A stretch of DNA of 64,000 bases from Mobula hypostoma (taxonomy: Eukaryota), in contig NC_086097.1 in NCBI RefSeq assembly GCF_963921235.1, forward strand, positions 33,854,001 to 33,918,000, read 5' to 3'. Below are positions 1 through 13,059 of this stretch, one piece after another (position 1 is the stretch's first letter; each line of letters starts with the position of its first letter). The translations under genes and the position numbers were made by a program. Under the pieces are notes generated by a model that worked only from the letters and a program-made list of their open reading frames with translations, was not told the DNA's origin and ran no database searches.

Positions 1-424
1 ATTCCAGATGATTGGTTTATTGATCATTACAGAATGTCTCTCTGGTGCTGCCCACTCCTTCCCCTCTCCCTTCTCCCTTTCCAAACCATGATTCCCCTCT
101 CCCTGCCCCCTTCCCATTCTCAATCCACAAGAGAGACCTATATCAGAATCAGGTTTATCTTCACTCACATTTGTCATAAGATTTGCTTTTCTTTGCAGCA
201 GCAGTACAATGGAATACATAAAATTACTGCAGTACTATGCAAAAGTCATGGGCACCTTAGCTATATATATGTGCCTAAGACTTTTGCACAGTACGTATAA
301 TTGGAAGGTAGAAGCAGATTTGGAAAAATTAACAATATAAACTTTGATGGGTTCTTCCAAAAGTTTTGCAAACCCCACAGTTGTAAAATGTAAATGGGTA
401 TGTAGTGAGAAATGGATAGCATTG

Positions 425-712
425 TGTGGCACAGTAGTGTAGTGGTTACACTTTACCATACCAGCAGCCCAGGTTCAATTCCTGCTGCTGTAAGCAGTTT
501 GTATGTTCTCCCCATGACTGCATGGATTTCCTCTGGATGCTCCCGTTCCCTCCCACATTCCAAAGACAAACTGGTTGGTAAGTGAATTGATCGTGCAAGT
601 TGTCCTGTGATTAGGTGAGGGTTAAATTGGGGGATAGCTGGGCGGTGTGGCTCAAAGGACTGGAAGGACCTACTCCACACCCTATGTCAACAAACAAGTA
701 AATAAATAATTC
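425..712 (+). mobile_element. tRNA-derived V-SINE (HE1-like)
   Basis: A/B-box-like head (GGTTCAATTCC), V-domain TTTGTATGTTCTCCCC...TTTCCTCTGG-TGCTCC...CCTCCCACATTCCAAAGAC, (TAAA)n tail. Confidence 0.8.
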
Positions 713-896
713 AATAATTACCCACTGAAATCGATCGAAAGAAAACACGGGACAGCAGTCAATTATGTTTTGTCAAAAGTTAAAATTACTCTTTAAGCAA
801 TCCAATGCTGCCACCAAGCCATCAAAACAAAAGTATGTATGAATGTAATCACACTAAACATAAGATTTTATGGCTGAAATGCTACTTCTTTGTTCA

Positions 897-2281
897 AGAA
901 AGGTGGTAGGGATAATCCTGGGAATTATAGACCGGAGAGTCTTACATCTGTGTGGACAAACTTTTGGAGAAGATTCTTAGAGACAGGATTTATGAACATT
1001 TGGATGGGAATAGTCTGATTAGGGATAGTCAATGTGGCTTTGTGAGGGGCAGGTCATGCCTCACAATCCTGATTGAACTCTTTGATGAAGTGACGAAACA
1101 AATTGATGAAGTTAAAGCAGTGGATGTCGTGCATGTGGATTTCAGTAAGGTGTTCAACAAGTTCTCGATGGTGGGCGCATCCAGAATGTTAGGAGGCATG
1201 GGATTCAGGGAAACGTAGCCTCATGGATTCAGAATGGGCTTGTTCACAGAAAGTAGAGGGTGGCAACAGATAGAGTGTATTCTGCCTGGAAGTCAGAGGC
1301 CAGTGACATTCCGTAGGGAGCTCTTCTGGAACATCTGCTCTTTGTGACGTGGATGAAGAAGTGAAAGGGTGGGTTAGTAAATTGGCAGATGGTACGAAGG
1401 TTGGTGGTGTTGTGGATAGTGTAGAAGGTTGTCATAGGTTACAGGGGGATATTGATAAGATAAAGAGGTGGGCTGAGAATTGGCTGATGGGATTCAATAT
1501 GGAAAAGTGTGAAGTCATTCACTTTGGAAGGTCAAACATGAAGGCAGAGCATAAAGTTAACGGCAAGATTCTTGTCAGAGCGAAGCAACAGAGGGACCTT
1601 GTTGTGCAGATCCATAGATCCTCCAAATCTGCCGCACAAGTTGATGGAGTGGTTATGAAAGTGCATGGTCTGTTAGCCTTTATTATTTGTGGAATTGAGT
1701 TCAAGAAGCATGAAGTAATTCCACAGTTCCATAAAAATCTGGTTAGACCACACTTGGGGTATTATGTTCAGTTCTGGTTGCCTCATTATAGGAAGGATGG
1801 GGAAGCTTTAGAGCGAGTGCACAGGAAAGCTATCACGATGCTGCCTAGATTAGAAAGAATGCCTCTAGAGGGTAGGTTGAGTGAACTAGGGCTTTAACCT
1901 TTGGAGTGACGGAGGATGAGAGATGACGTAGTAGAGGTGTACAAGATAAGATGCACAGCCAGAAACTTTTTCCCAGGGGACAAATGGCTAACTCAAGGGG
2001 GCACAATTTTAAGGAGACAGGAAAAAAGATAGCGGGGAAGTGAGAGGTAGGGTTTTTTACCGAGAGGGTGGTGAGCGCCTAGAACACACTGCCAGGGTTG
2101 CTGGTAGCAGCAGGGACATTAGGGACATGTATGAGAGTCTTAGATAGACATATGGATGAAAGATAAATGGAGGACGATGTGGGAGGGTAAGATTAGATTG
2201 ATCTTAGAATAGGTGAAAAGCTCGGCACAACATTGCAGGCCAAAGGCCCTGTACTATGCTCAGCTGTACTGTTCTATGTTC
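897..2281 (+). mobile_element. CR1 LINE, 5'-truncated, decayed RT and 3' UTR
   Basis: ORF fragments GFVRGRSCLT-LIELF, SKLADGTK-GG, LVRPHL-Y-VQFW-PHYRKD; (TGTTCTA)n tail. Confidence 0.92.
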
Positions 2282-2779
2282 ACCTTTTCATTTCTGCTAA
2301 GGTGCCAGGCTTTACCTTTAGTGGTTTGTATTCTGTTAAAAAACCTGAAACAGGAAACTGACACACATCACACCTGCCCGCTCCTGGAATAAGGGGGTAG
2401 TGCATCAATTTGTTTGGAGGATGTTAAAATGTTTTAAATGTGCCCTTACTTTAAAAGTATTTTTACTTCTAGCCATAGTTGTTTGGGTTTCCAATGAGGC
2501 AGTAAACATGGTTGTATGAGGTAAGTGTGCCAGGAAAAGCAACATTTCCTGCCAGGCAAACAAATATTCTGTGAATCACTTCCCTCATTCCCCGTCCCAC
2601 ACATCTGTGAGCTGTCGTCTGCTCCCCTTTGATCTCTGTAACCCACATGATCTCAGTGATTATTTCCACACGCTCCCCTCCAGATTCTGACAGCAATCTT
2701 TCCCTGCCCATATGTCCTGTCAAGGTCTCCTAACCTTGACAAGCAACCAGCCCTTCAGCTGAGTAACCCAGGGACTTGG

Positions 2780-3350
2780 GTGGCCTGGTAACCTAACGGT
2801 TAGCGCATTGCTTTACAGCATTCACCGACTGGGCGCAATTCCTGCTGCCACTTGTGAGGAGTTTGCACGCTCTCCCCCTGTTTCCTCCGGGTGCTCCGGT
2901 TTCCTCCCACAATCCAAAAGACATACGATTGGGGTTAGTGAGTTGTGGGCATACTATACTGGTGGGCACGTGGCCAAGTGGTTAAGGCATTGGACTAACA
3001 ACCTGAAGGTCGTGAGTTCGAGCCCCAGCCGAGGCAACGTGTTGTGTCCTTGAGCAAGGCACTTAATCACACATTGCTCTGCGACGACACTGGTGCCAAG
3101 CTGTATGGGTCCTAATGCCCTTCCCTTGGACAACATTGGTGTCGTGGAGAGGGGAGACTTGCAGCATGGGCAACTGCCAGTCTTCCATACAACCTTGCCC
3201 AGGCCTGCGCCCTGGAGAGTGAAGACTTTCCAGGTGCGGATCCATGGTCTCGCAAGACTAACGGATGCCTTTATTTATACTGGTGCTGGAAGTGCAGACT
3301 ACCCAGCACAATCCTCACTGACTTGATTTGATGCAAACTGTACCTTTCAC
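2780..3350 (+). mobile_element. V-SINE interrupted by a younger SINE
   Basis: V-domain at 2855-2925; the sequence resumes after 3285. An uninterrupted relative lies at 31825-32135. Confidence 0.75.
2965..3275 (+). mobile_element. Young tRNA-headed SINE with RTE-like tail
   Basis: A box TGGCCAAGTGG, B box GTTCGAGCC; perfect 10-bp TSD TATACTGGTG at 2955-2964 and 3276-3285. Confidence 0.88.
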
Positions 3351-3916
3351 TGCTGGGACCCAATGTGAGCAGAGCTCCAGCTGGAACAGTAAACAGCCTC
3401 CGTGACATCCAACAATGTGTTTCTACCTGAATTACAGTATGAATTAATAACATTACCTGCCACTTTAAATCTTGTCAGTCACTGTTGCGCGATGATTTTG
3501 GAACAGACCAGTAAAATCTGCACTGTTAAATATGACGGCAAGTCATGCAGAGCAGATTGAGTTTAAAACTCTTTGTACGTTATAGGCTTTGCATGCCATG
3601 TGCACCACTGTGTTTCCGACAACTAGACTGCGTGTTGTTCCTGACCTGATAGCTGGGACTGGCAAACATTATTCATTAAGATGTAATTTGTATATGAAAT
3701 GCATATGTGAAATGTTTGGAAAAAATGAAAAGAAATAAAGGCTCAGAGGAGCAAGTGTGCCTGCAACCTGAGTATTGTTCGCAGTCACTTTCTTAGGCTG
3801 TACTTACCCCAGGATGACCCTAAACCAATTAACCCCTTACTTTATTTTAAAAGCCATTGTGGACTCAGGGCTACAGCTTTATCTCAGCAGTGTTTAATGT
3901 ATAGTATCTTCCTTTA

Positions 3917-4533
3917 CGGTCACAATGAGGCCACTCTCAGAATGGAAGAGCAGCACCTTGTAAGCTGGGAGGTGATAGGTTGGAAAGGTAAAGGGGTGAA
4001 GAAGAAGGAATCTGATAGGAGAGGAGAGTGGACCATAGCAGAAAGAGAAGGAGGGGCATCAGAGGAGGGTGATAGGCTCCAACCTAAACATTGTGTTTTT
4101 TCTAACTTCCAGTAATCTCTTCCCCCTTTCTTCTCTCTCTTACATCGTCTCTTCTCCTCACCTGCCTATCACCTGGCCCTCTGATTCCCTTCTTTCCCCT
4201 TCTCCCATGGTCTATTCTCCCCTCCTATCAGATTCCTCCTTCTTCAGCCCTTTACCTTTTCCACCTATCACCTCCCAGCTTATCACTCTTCATCTCCCCT
4301 GCTCCACTCAGCTAACTTCCCCCTCACCTGGTCTCACCTATCATCTTCTGGCTAGGCTTCTTTCCCCTTACCCCACCTGCTTATTCTGGCTTCTTCCCTT
4401 TTCTTTCCTGGTCCTGAAGAAGGGTCTCGGCCTGAAATGAGGACTCTTCATTCCTCTCCATAGATACTGCCAAATTCCTCCTGCATTTTGTGCTTGTTGC
4501 TCTGGATCACCAAATCTGCAGAATCTCTGTGTT
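3917..4533 (+). mobile_element. Penelope-like element 3' fragment with an internal inverted segment
   Basis: EATLRMEEQHL endonuclease C-terminal remnant; pyrimidine-rich UTR; hammerhead remnant at ~4410-4445. Segment 3961-4075 is an inverted copy of ~4166-4282. Confidence 0.8.
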
Positions 4534-5209
4534 TAAATACAGAACTTGCTTCTCTCTATGTATTTATGTATAGTTGTGTATATACATTTCTGATTCTATT
4601 TAGATGGCAGATTTATTTGGTGACATTCCTTCATATGGTGTAACAATTTCTTAGGCTTGCAGTTTACAATAACAGCTTAGAGACTCAACATGCAAATGGT
4701 TAGGGTGTTTTCTTCGGAATAAGGACGTGGTAACTATATCAAATTCAAACAATTTGTGTACATGTTTTTTCCACTACCCAGAATTGGAATGGATGCAATC
4801 ATACTTGATGCCGAGGGGCTGCCTGAGAAGAAAAAAAAAATCCTCTTCTCTTTTGAAAACATTTGCTGTGTCTCAAGGTATTTATGAAGATACGTCATTC
4901 ATTACATAGTAAAGACAGAATATCTGACTTATCATAAGTAATGACAAAAATATCTGCGAATATGAACAAAATACTCCATATCTTTTAGGACGCTCACTGT
5001 ATTGAAATATTTTGACCATGTTAATATTGAAATAACACTTGATGATAATGGAATACTCCTCTGAAGCAGAGACCTGTGCATCTACTGTGCTAAAGCAGTT
5101 TCTGGTGAGCTGCAGGACCAACCATATCTGTTTGTGCAGTTACAGAAAGATTAGGTTACTTGTAAATATCAAAGGAAGCAGCATGAGTAGATAGTAGATA
5201 GCAACTCAC

Positions 5210-5324
5210 TTGAATTTTCCTCCTTTATTGAGTATTCAAGGATGTTAGGGGTTCCTTCTGCTCCAGGAAAATTCACCGAAAGAACCATGTTTGTTAGGGT
5301 GCAATCTTTTCTCACCATAAATGC
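5210..5324 (-). CDS. RIN3: RIN3 coding exon 3 (SH2 domain, FLVR-type motif)
   Basis: Acceptor ttcctgcttacag|, donor CAA|gtgagt; 115 nt, phase 0 to 1. Peptide AFMVRKDCTLTNMVLSVNFPGAEGTPNILEYSIKEENS matches recalled RIN3 MFLVRRD...VL-V-FP...LEY-IKEE-S. No further exon was found in 1-5200, so the gene appears to continue left of the window. Confidence 0.93.
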
Positions 5325-5519
5325 CTGTAAGCAGGAATACATTGTGCTGAATAGTGTTAATTGAGCTGCAGGTGATAAAATATCTCAAAAACAAAACATT
5401 CATAGTTCCCAAGGAAACATGAATACATAACATAAGCCTTTTGTCTACTTGCCCAATTCATCTTCGATCCAGTATTTAGTCTATCAGTATGCTTCATAAA
5501 ATCCCTAACCTTAAGGCAT

Positions 5520-5856
5520 TATTCTGACTCAGTACACCCAAAGTCAGAGAGCACTACGTTGTCAGAGTTTCCAGATTTTGATTGAGGAGACCAAAACCAT
5601 ATTTAGTCAGTAAGGTGGATGTAAAAGAGTTAATGTATTGGAGACAAGCATGAGAGTTATTATGATCTCCAGTCGCCTCTACTGGTCTATGTGATTATTA
5701 TTACAGCACATTTATTTGGGGGCGGTTGGGTGGGGGGAGATTACTCGCTGTAAGTTGGCTGCTGCAAGGGCTACAGTATTTCAAAGTAATTAACTGGTTA
5801 TAAAGATTTGTGACGATCTGCTATGAAGGTAGTTTTATGAATTCAGGTTTCTCTTT
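5520..5856 (+). mobile_element. Ancient Deu-SINE (SacSINE1/AmnSINE1-like) remnant
   Basis: GGTGGATGTAAAAGA and TTGGCTGCTG...TTTCAAAGTAATTAACTGGTT-TAAAG...TGAAGG...TATGAAT; similar to the clearer copy at ~59830-60160. Confidence 0.55.
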
Positions 5857-6320
5857 CAGCTGTCGATGGAGAGGAGGGCTGTGAAACATTGTGAAAGTTG
5901 GACCGTTACAGATGATATCTAGTTGAATGTAATAGCTTGCAGACCACAGACTTTCTATGTGAGCTCTGAGTGCAACAAAGAAAGACAGTATCAAACCCTA
6001 AGAAACAAAGAGCATTCTGTGGAAGTTGTTTGAAATTCTCAAATCCTTGGAATTTGAAAGACCTGATAATAAATGCCTTGATATGAAAACAGAAAACATA
6101 GGGCTGGTGCTTGAGTCCAGCCACCCTGACCTGGAGATAAGAGGGCAGCTGTTGTGAAGTCAGGTGTAGGTCCTAAAACTATGTATGAACAGCATTTAGA
6201 AAGAGTGCAATAGAAAGGAAGAGAAAAATACACCTGTTCATAGACACACACACACACACGTTCATCCACACATTGGAGAGTGAACACACCCAAAGCCAAT
6301 ACTCACAATATGCATACATA

Positions 6321-6874
6321 CACCCAGTGGGCACTTTATTATGTATACCTGTACAACAGCTTGTTAATGCAAATATCTAATCAGCCAATCACGTAGCAAC
6401 AACTCAATGCATCAAAGCATGCGGACATAATCAAGAAGTTCAGTTGTCATTCAGACCAAGCATCAGAATAGGGAAGAAATGTGATCTAAGTGACTTTAAC
6501 CGTGGAATGATTATTGGTGCCAGATGGGGCGCCTTGAGTATCTCAGAAACTGATGACTTCCTGGAATTTTCATGCATAATAATCTCTAGAGTTTCCAGAG
6601 AATGGTTTGAAAAACAAACAAAAAAAAAAAAATCCAGTGAGCGGCAGTTTTGTGGGCGAAAATGCCTAGTTAATGAGAGATCAGCGCAGAATGGTTAGAT
6701 TGGTTCGAACTGACAGGAAGGTGACAGTAACTTAAATAAACATGCATTACCACAATGGCGTGCAGAAGAGCATCTCTGAATGCACAAAACATCGAACCTT
6801 GAAGTGGATGGACTATAGCAGCTGGAGACCACACTGGGATCCACTCCTGTACCTAATAAAGTGGCCACTGAGTC
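6321..6874 (+). mobile_element. Non-autonomous Tc1-like DNA transposon
   Basis: TIRs CACCCAGTGGGCACTTTATTATGTATA / TGTACCTAATAAAGTGGCCACTGAGTC flanked by TA; transposase N-terminal HTH remnant GKKCDLSDFNRGMIIGAR...LSISET...ISRV-REW. Confidence 0.9.
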
Positions 6875-7789
6875 TACATCCAAACAAACTCTTCCACATA
6901 CAAACACAGTACATATACACAACTAGCACACATACAGATACAATATACGCATAAAATATGTACATACACAAAATGCACTTCGAGTATGCATACATAACAC
7001 ACAAATATGAAAATACACAAGACTGCATATGCTGGAGTCCAGAGTGAAAACAAGTTGCTGGTGGAACTCAGCAGGTCAGGCAGCATCTGGGATGCAATGA
7101 CTCAATCTGAAACATTGACAATCCCTTTGCCTGACCCACTGAAGTTTGTTTTTTGCTCCAATGCATATATACATATTCCTCAGGTCACTCAAGTCTGGAA
7201 ACTACCCTGTTAAAATTTGATGAAACTAGAGCAATATAGGATCATAAATTCATCACTTCATGTTAACGACACAAAAGGAGGTCAAATAGTGACCAAACAG
7301 ACATACCAACAAGAGTCTCATACTGAACACAATTATACATCTGAGTCCTCTGTTGGGAGGGCAGCTCCCTAATTTCTTGGACCTTAGTAGGTTCTTTCCA
7401 TCGGGAGGTTGACTTACAGATGATCAGCAAGGCCCTGGGTGGTGTGGGGTTTCTCTGAATTCATGGAGCTTTCTTTAATGCTCAAGTGCCTTTGACAAGC
7501 AGTGATATCCTGCCCCATATTCAGTAGCTATTAAAGCTGTTGCTGTGTTTGAATGTTTTCAAGGACATTCAAATAAAAGTCAAAGTAATTATAATTATTT
7601 AAAAATAATGAAGAATATAGTTTCACACAATTTACTTAATTACGGTACAGAAGGAGGCCATTCAGCCCGTCAGGTCAATGTCAGATTTCAATCCCATCGA
7701 TCTCATTCCCTCTTTCTATTCCCTTATCCCTGTGAGCTATTCTCTCTCACATTCCCTTTGTCTCTTCTTTGAATATTCTGCCACTCACC

Positions 7790-7965
7790 TGAACTAGAGG
7801 TTAAATTATAATCACCAGTTAAATTACCAACATTTCTTTGATATTTGCAAGGAGACTCAGCAGCTGAGGGAAGCCCACAGGTTATGGGGAGAATGTGCAA
7901 ACACTATGCAGTCAGCAGCTGAAATCAGGTACACTAGGGCGGTGAGGAAACAGTACTAGCCACCT
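7790..7965 (-). mobile_element. Degraded V-SINE
   Basis: Reverse-complement V-domain GGGGAGAATGTGCAAAC. Confidence 0.55.
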
Positions 7966-8719
7966 ACATAACAGTAAGGAAAGATAAATAAACTAACTGC
8001 ATTGCCCTTGAATATGGCACCAACCAAAGCAGTGTTGGTGCACATATGCCAGAATTTAACTGGATTTCAGCCTGCATCTGGGAGTCCAGCCATGCCATCG
8101 AGTCAAGTGCATAAAAATGGCAACTTGATTAATTGTTCATGGAAGATTTGTGGTCAATATGTTTTCGGCTTGAACTAATTTGCTACTGACAGTTGTTGAC
8201 CTGCAGGAGGAATGTTTAACGTATTTTAATTCCAACTTATATAAATTTAGTCAGTCAGGAAACTTCAGAAGCCTTTATTTTGTCACTTATAGAATATATG
8301 TACTTACTCTATATCTGAGCCAACATCTATGAAGATCCCTGCTTATAATGTAAAATATTATTGCATATTATATTAATATAATACATTATTGATGAGAGTT
8401 TTAAATATATCTCATCAATTAGTATATGATTATTATTCTATGCACTACACCATTTAAATATATTTATCTTTCCATCAAAAAATTTGCCCAAATGTATTTT
8501 CAATAGTGGGGAGATGCCTTTGAGCAGCACCTTTGACAAAATATCGAATGAACAATTTTCACTGACAGCTTAGTCCAGGGTATTGAGGAAAATACTCAAA
8601 AGGGCCTCGTATCCATCCACAGTTTATTGCCTCGTTTGATTATATCACTGGATTGGAGGCTTAATACAGGGTCCCTTTCCCAAGCAAAAAAGGGTAACGA
8701 GCACTCGATATATTGAGTG

Positions 8720-9980
8720 CTACGATTAGCAAACAGGAAACAGCTTACCCCGATGCATTTAAAATCATTGTTGGTGACTTCAGCCAGACATGTTTGAAGA
8801 AATCTCTGCCTTTATTATCATCAGCATATCGCCTGCAGCATCAGGGGTCCCAAAACACCCACACACTGTTATTCTATGATTAGCTATGCTTGCCGTTCCA
8901 TGCCTCAACCGTAAGTTGGGAGATCTGATCACTTAGCCGTCCTTCTCCCACCTGCGTACAGGCTGAGGTTAAAGAGCAAGGCTCTGGAGAAAAGGACCAT
9001 AGAGGTGGTCGTAGGAGGCTGAGGAGCAGCCGTGGGATTACTTTGAGTCGGCAGACTGGGCCGTGTTCAAGGGTTCATTAGAGGACCTGAATGAATACAC
9101 CACAGTTGTCACAGACTTAATAGAACAGTTGTAGAGAGTGTGCCCCACAAAATCAATCAGTCTTCCCTAATCAAAAGCCCTGGATTAACTATGAGATCTG
9201 CAATCTGCCAAGGGTCAGATCAGAGGCATTCAGGTCTGGTGACCAAGTAAGACGTAAGAGGTCCTAGTATAACCTTCAGAAAGCCATCTCACGCGAGAAG
9301 TGGCAATTCTGGAGTAAACTTGAATTTCTGAGGATGCTGCTGTGGAAGCGCTTACAAAGCGAAACGAAATGACGCTGGTGATAACAAGGCTTCCAGGTGA
9401 GCTCAATGGCTCAATATGCTCACTCTGACCACCAAAACATGGAGGCAACTTCACGAACTCCCACAACCCGCGACAGTGGATACAGCTCAGTCCATCACAG
9501 GTAAAGCCCTACCCACCGCTGAGCATATCTACTCAAGACGCTGTCTCAGGAAAGCAGCATACATCATCAAAGATCCCCACCACCCAGGCCATGCTCCCTT
9601 GCTGTTGCCATCAGGAGGAAAGTACGAGGAGCCTCAGGACCTGGACCAGTTATTGCCCCTTGAACCAGAGGGGATAACTTCACTCAACCAACCACTGAAC
9701 TGTTCCCACAACCTATGGACACACTTTCAAGGACTCTTCATCTCAAGTTCTTAATATATTTTGCTTATTTATTTTATTATTTTCTCTTTCTTTTTATATT
9801 TGCACAGTTTGTTGTTTTTTTTTACACATTGGTTGTCATCCATCCTGTTGGATGCAGCTTTTCATTGATTCTATTGTGTTTCTTGTATTTATTATGATTA
9901 CCTTCAAGAAAATGAATCTCAAGGTTGTATAAGGTGACATATATAGTATGGTCTTTGATGATGAAATTACTTTGAACTAT
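8720..9980 (+). mobile_element. Rex1/Babar-type LINE, internally deleted
   Basis: Endonuclease/linker remnants (II-GDF, SDH, NQKPWI) jump at ~9470 to the C-terminus (RCLRKAAYIIKDPHHPGH..LLPSG) and a 3' UTR ending ACTTTGAACT. The RT core is missing. Confidence 0.8.
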
Positions 9981-10479
9981 GTCCAATCATGCAAGCATTT
10001 AGCAATGGCACTGAGGAGTAGGGTAATTCAGCTGCAGTATCCCTTTAATTCAGTAAAATCTACATGCAGCTACTTTAATTAAAATGAACCATTGTGGGAG
10101 GGCAAGAAATGCATGATCCCTTTCAGCATATTCTGCCCTTTAATTTGTTGTTTATTGCTTAGCTGTGCCTTAACTCATACACACCAGAAAACAGTCAACC
10201 AAATAGGCTACATAATTGCTTAGGAGCATCCTACCATTCAATCTGACCGTGGCTGACCTTCCCCAGGCTTCAGCTCCCCTTCAGTGCCAATTCTTCATAG
10301 CCCTCAATTCTCTGATGTTTCGAAACTTTATCCACATCCTCTCTAAATATCACAAATGATATAGCATCCACAACCCTTTGGGGTAGAGAATTTTGATGAT
10401 TCACTTCCCTCTTATGGAGAAGTTTCTTTGCACTGCAGTTTTAACTGACTGTCTGGAACTTATAACCATAATGCCAGAG

Positions 10480-12770
10480 GACCATAAGACCATAACATGT
10501 AGGAACAGAATTAGGCCATTTGGCCCATCAAGTCTGCTCTGCCATTTCATCATGGCTGATCCATTTTTCCCTCTCAGCTCCAATCTCCCGCCTTCTCCCC
10601 GTATCCCTTCTTGCTCTGACCAATCAAGAATCTATCAACCTCTGCCTTAAATATAAATAAATACTTGGCCTCCACAGCTGCCTGTAGCATAAATTCCACG
10701 GATTCACAACTCTTTGGCAAAAGAAATTCCTCTTCATCTCTATTTTAAAAGGATACCCCTCTGTTCTGAGGCTGTGACCTCCTACCATAGGAAACATCCT
10801 CTCCACATCCACGCTATCATGGACTTTCACCATTCAATAGGTTTTAATTAGGTCACCCTCATTCTTTTGAATTTCAACAAATGCAGGCCCAGAGCCATCA
10901 AATGGTCTTCATATGACAAGCAGTTTAACCCTGAAATTATTTTCATGAACCTCTTTTGAACGTTCTCCAGTTTCAGCATGTCCTTTCTAAGGGGCCCAAA
11001 ACTGATCACAAAATGAGGGTTCACCGATGCTTTATAAAGCCTCAATGTTACATCCTTGCTTTTATATTCCAGTCCTCTTGAAATAATGCTAACATCACAT
11101 TTGCCTTCCTCACCACAGACTCAACCTGCAAATTACCCTTTAGGGAATCCTGCACAAGCACTCCCAAGTCCCTTTGCGCCTCAATTTTTTTGTATTTTCT
11201 GTCCATTTAGAAAATAGTCAACCCTTTTATTTCTTCTACCAAAGTGCATGACCATACACTTCCCGACCATGTATTCCATCTGTCACTTCTTTGCCCATTG
11301 TCCTAATATGTCTAAGTCCTTCTGTAGCCTCTCTACTTCCTCAGAACTACCTATCCCTTTACCTGCCTTTGTATCACCTGCAAATCTTGCAACAAAGCCA
11401 TCAATTGTATCATCCAAATTATTAATATATAATGTAAAAAGAACCAGTCCCAATACAGACCCTTGTGGAACACCACCAGTCACTAGCAGCCAAGCAGAAG
11501 AGGTCCCCCTTTATTCCCACTCTTTGCCTGCTGCCAATCGGCCACTGGTTTATCCATGCTAGAATCTTCCCTATAATATCATGAGCTTGTAAAGCAGCCT
11601 CAAGTTGGAGTTCAACCCGGATAAGTGTGAAGTGGTTCATTTCAGTAGGTCAAATTTGAAGACAGAATATAACATTAATGGTAAGACTCTTGGCAGTTTG
11701 GAGGATCAGACGGATCTTGGAGTCCGTGTCCATGGCATGCTCAAAGCTGTTGCGCAGGTCGACAGCGTTGTCAAGAAGGTGTATGGTGTGATGGCCTTCA
11801 TCAACTGTGGGATTGAGTTCAAGGGCCATGGGGTAATGTTACAGCTATATAAGACCTTAGTTAGATGCCACTTGGAGTACTGTGTTCAGTTCTGGTCACC
11901 TCACTACAGGAAGGATGTGGATACTATAGAGAGAGTGCAGAGGAGATTTACCAGGATGTTGCCTGAATTGCAGAGCATGCCTTATGAAAATAGATTGAGT
12001 GAACTTAGTTTTTTCCTCCTTGAAGTGATGGAGGATGAGAGGTGACCTGATAGAGGTATATAAGATGATGAGAGGCATTGATCATGTGGATAGCCAGAGG
12101 CTTTTTCCTAGGGCTGAATCGGCTAACATGAGGGGGCATAGTTTTAAGGTGCTTGGAAGTAGCTACAAGGGCGATGTCAGAAGTAAGTTTTTCACACAGA
12201 GAGTGGTGGGTGTGTGGAATGCACTGTCAGCAGCGGTGGTGGAAGCAAATACAATAAGAGCCTCTTAGATAGGTACATGGAGCTTAGAGAAGTAGAGGGC
12301 TATATGGTAGGGAAGTTCTAGGCAGTTTTTAGAGTAGGTTACATGGTTGGCACAAGATTGTGGGCTGAAGGGACTGTAATGTGCTGTAGATTTCTATGTT
12401 CTATGTTCTAACTGTAGCCTTCTGAAAATCCAAATACACAACATCAACCAATTCTCCTTTGTCTATCCTGCTTGTTATTTCTTCAACAGATTCCAACAGG
12501 TTTGTCAGACCAGATTTTCCCTTGAGGAAACGATGCTGACTATGGCCTATTTGATCACATGCTTCCAAGTACCCTGAAACCACATCCTTAACAATCAACT
12601 CCAAAATCTTCCCAACCATTGAGGTCAGACTAACTGGCCTATAATTTCCCTCCTTCTGCCTCTCTCCCTTCTTGGAGTGGAGTGATATTTGTAATTTTCC
12701 AGTCTTCAAAAACTATTCTCAAATCTAGTGATTCTTGTAAGATCATTACTAATGCCTCCACAATCTGTTC
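10480..12770 (-). mobile_element. CR1 LINE interrupted by an opposite-strand CR1
   Basis: GVPQGSVLG-VLF-LYIN-LD, FA-DTK, NYRPVSLTS-VGK-LE, DVVYLDFQKA; (ATGGTCTT)n tail. Split at 11604-12410. Confidence 0.9.
11604..12410 (+). mobile_element. CR1 LINE 3' fragment (nested insertion)
   Basis: MEFNPDKCEVVHF...LEYCVQFWSPHYRKD; (TTCTATG)n tail. Confidence 0.92.
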
Positions 12771-13059
12771 AGATGTCTCCTTATTCAAGATTCTTCTACT
12801 GGTGAAAACATCTCAACATCTACCCTGTCATGCTCCCAGAATGTCTTATATGTTGCAATAAGATCACTCCTCAACTCAGCTTACTTATTTATCTATCAGT
12901 CTCAGTCATGGATTTGTCTGCAATTTCAAGAGCTTTTTCCAGGTGGGAACTCCAAATTTTCTCTATTCTTCACATAAAGAAATGTTTTTTGACACCACCA
13001 CTGAACGGTTCTAACTCTAAGAATATGGCACTACATTCTAGACTCCCCTAACAGGAGAA

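Noticed and set aside
2965..3040. tRNA gene
   Set aside because: The A/B boxes belong to a SINE head with body, tail and TSD; no acceptor stem or Pol III terminator was seen.
4782..4877. Plus-strand exon-like segment (IGMDAIILDAEGLPEKKKKILFSFENICCVS) with good splice sites
   Set aside because: No recognisable protein, two frames are open, and it lies antisense in a RIN3 intron; most likely a chance pseudo-exon.
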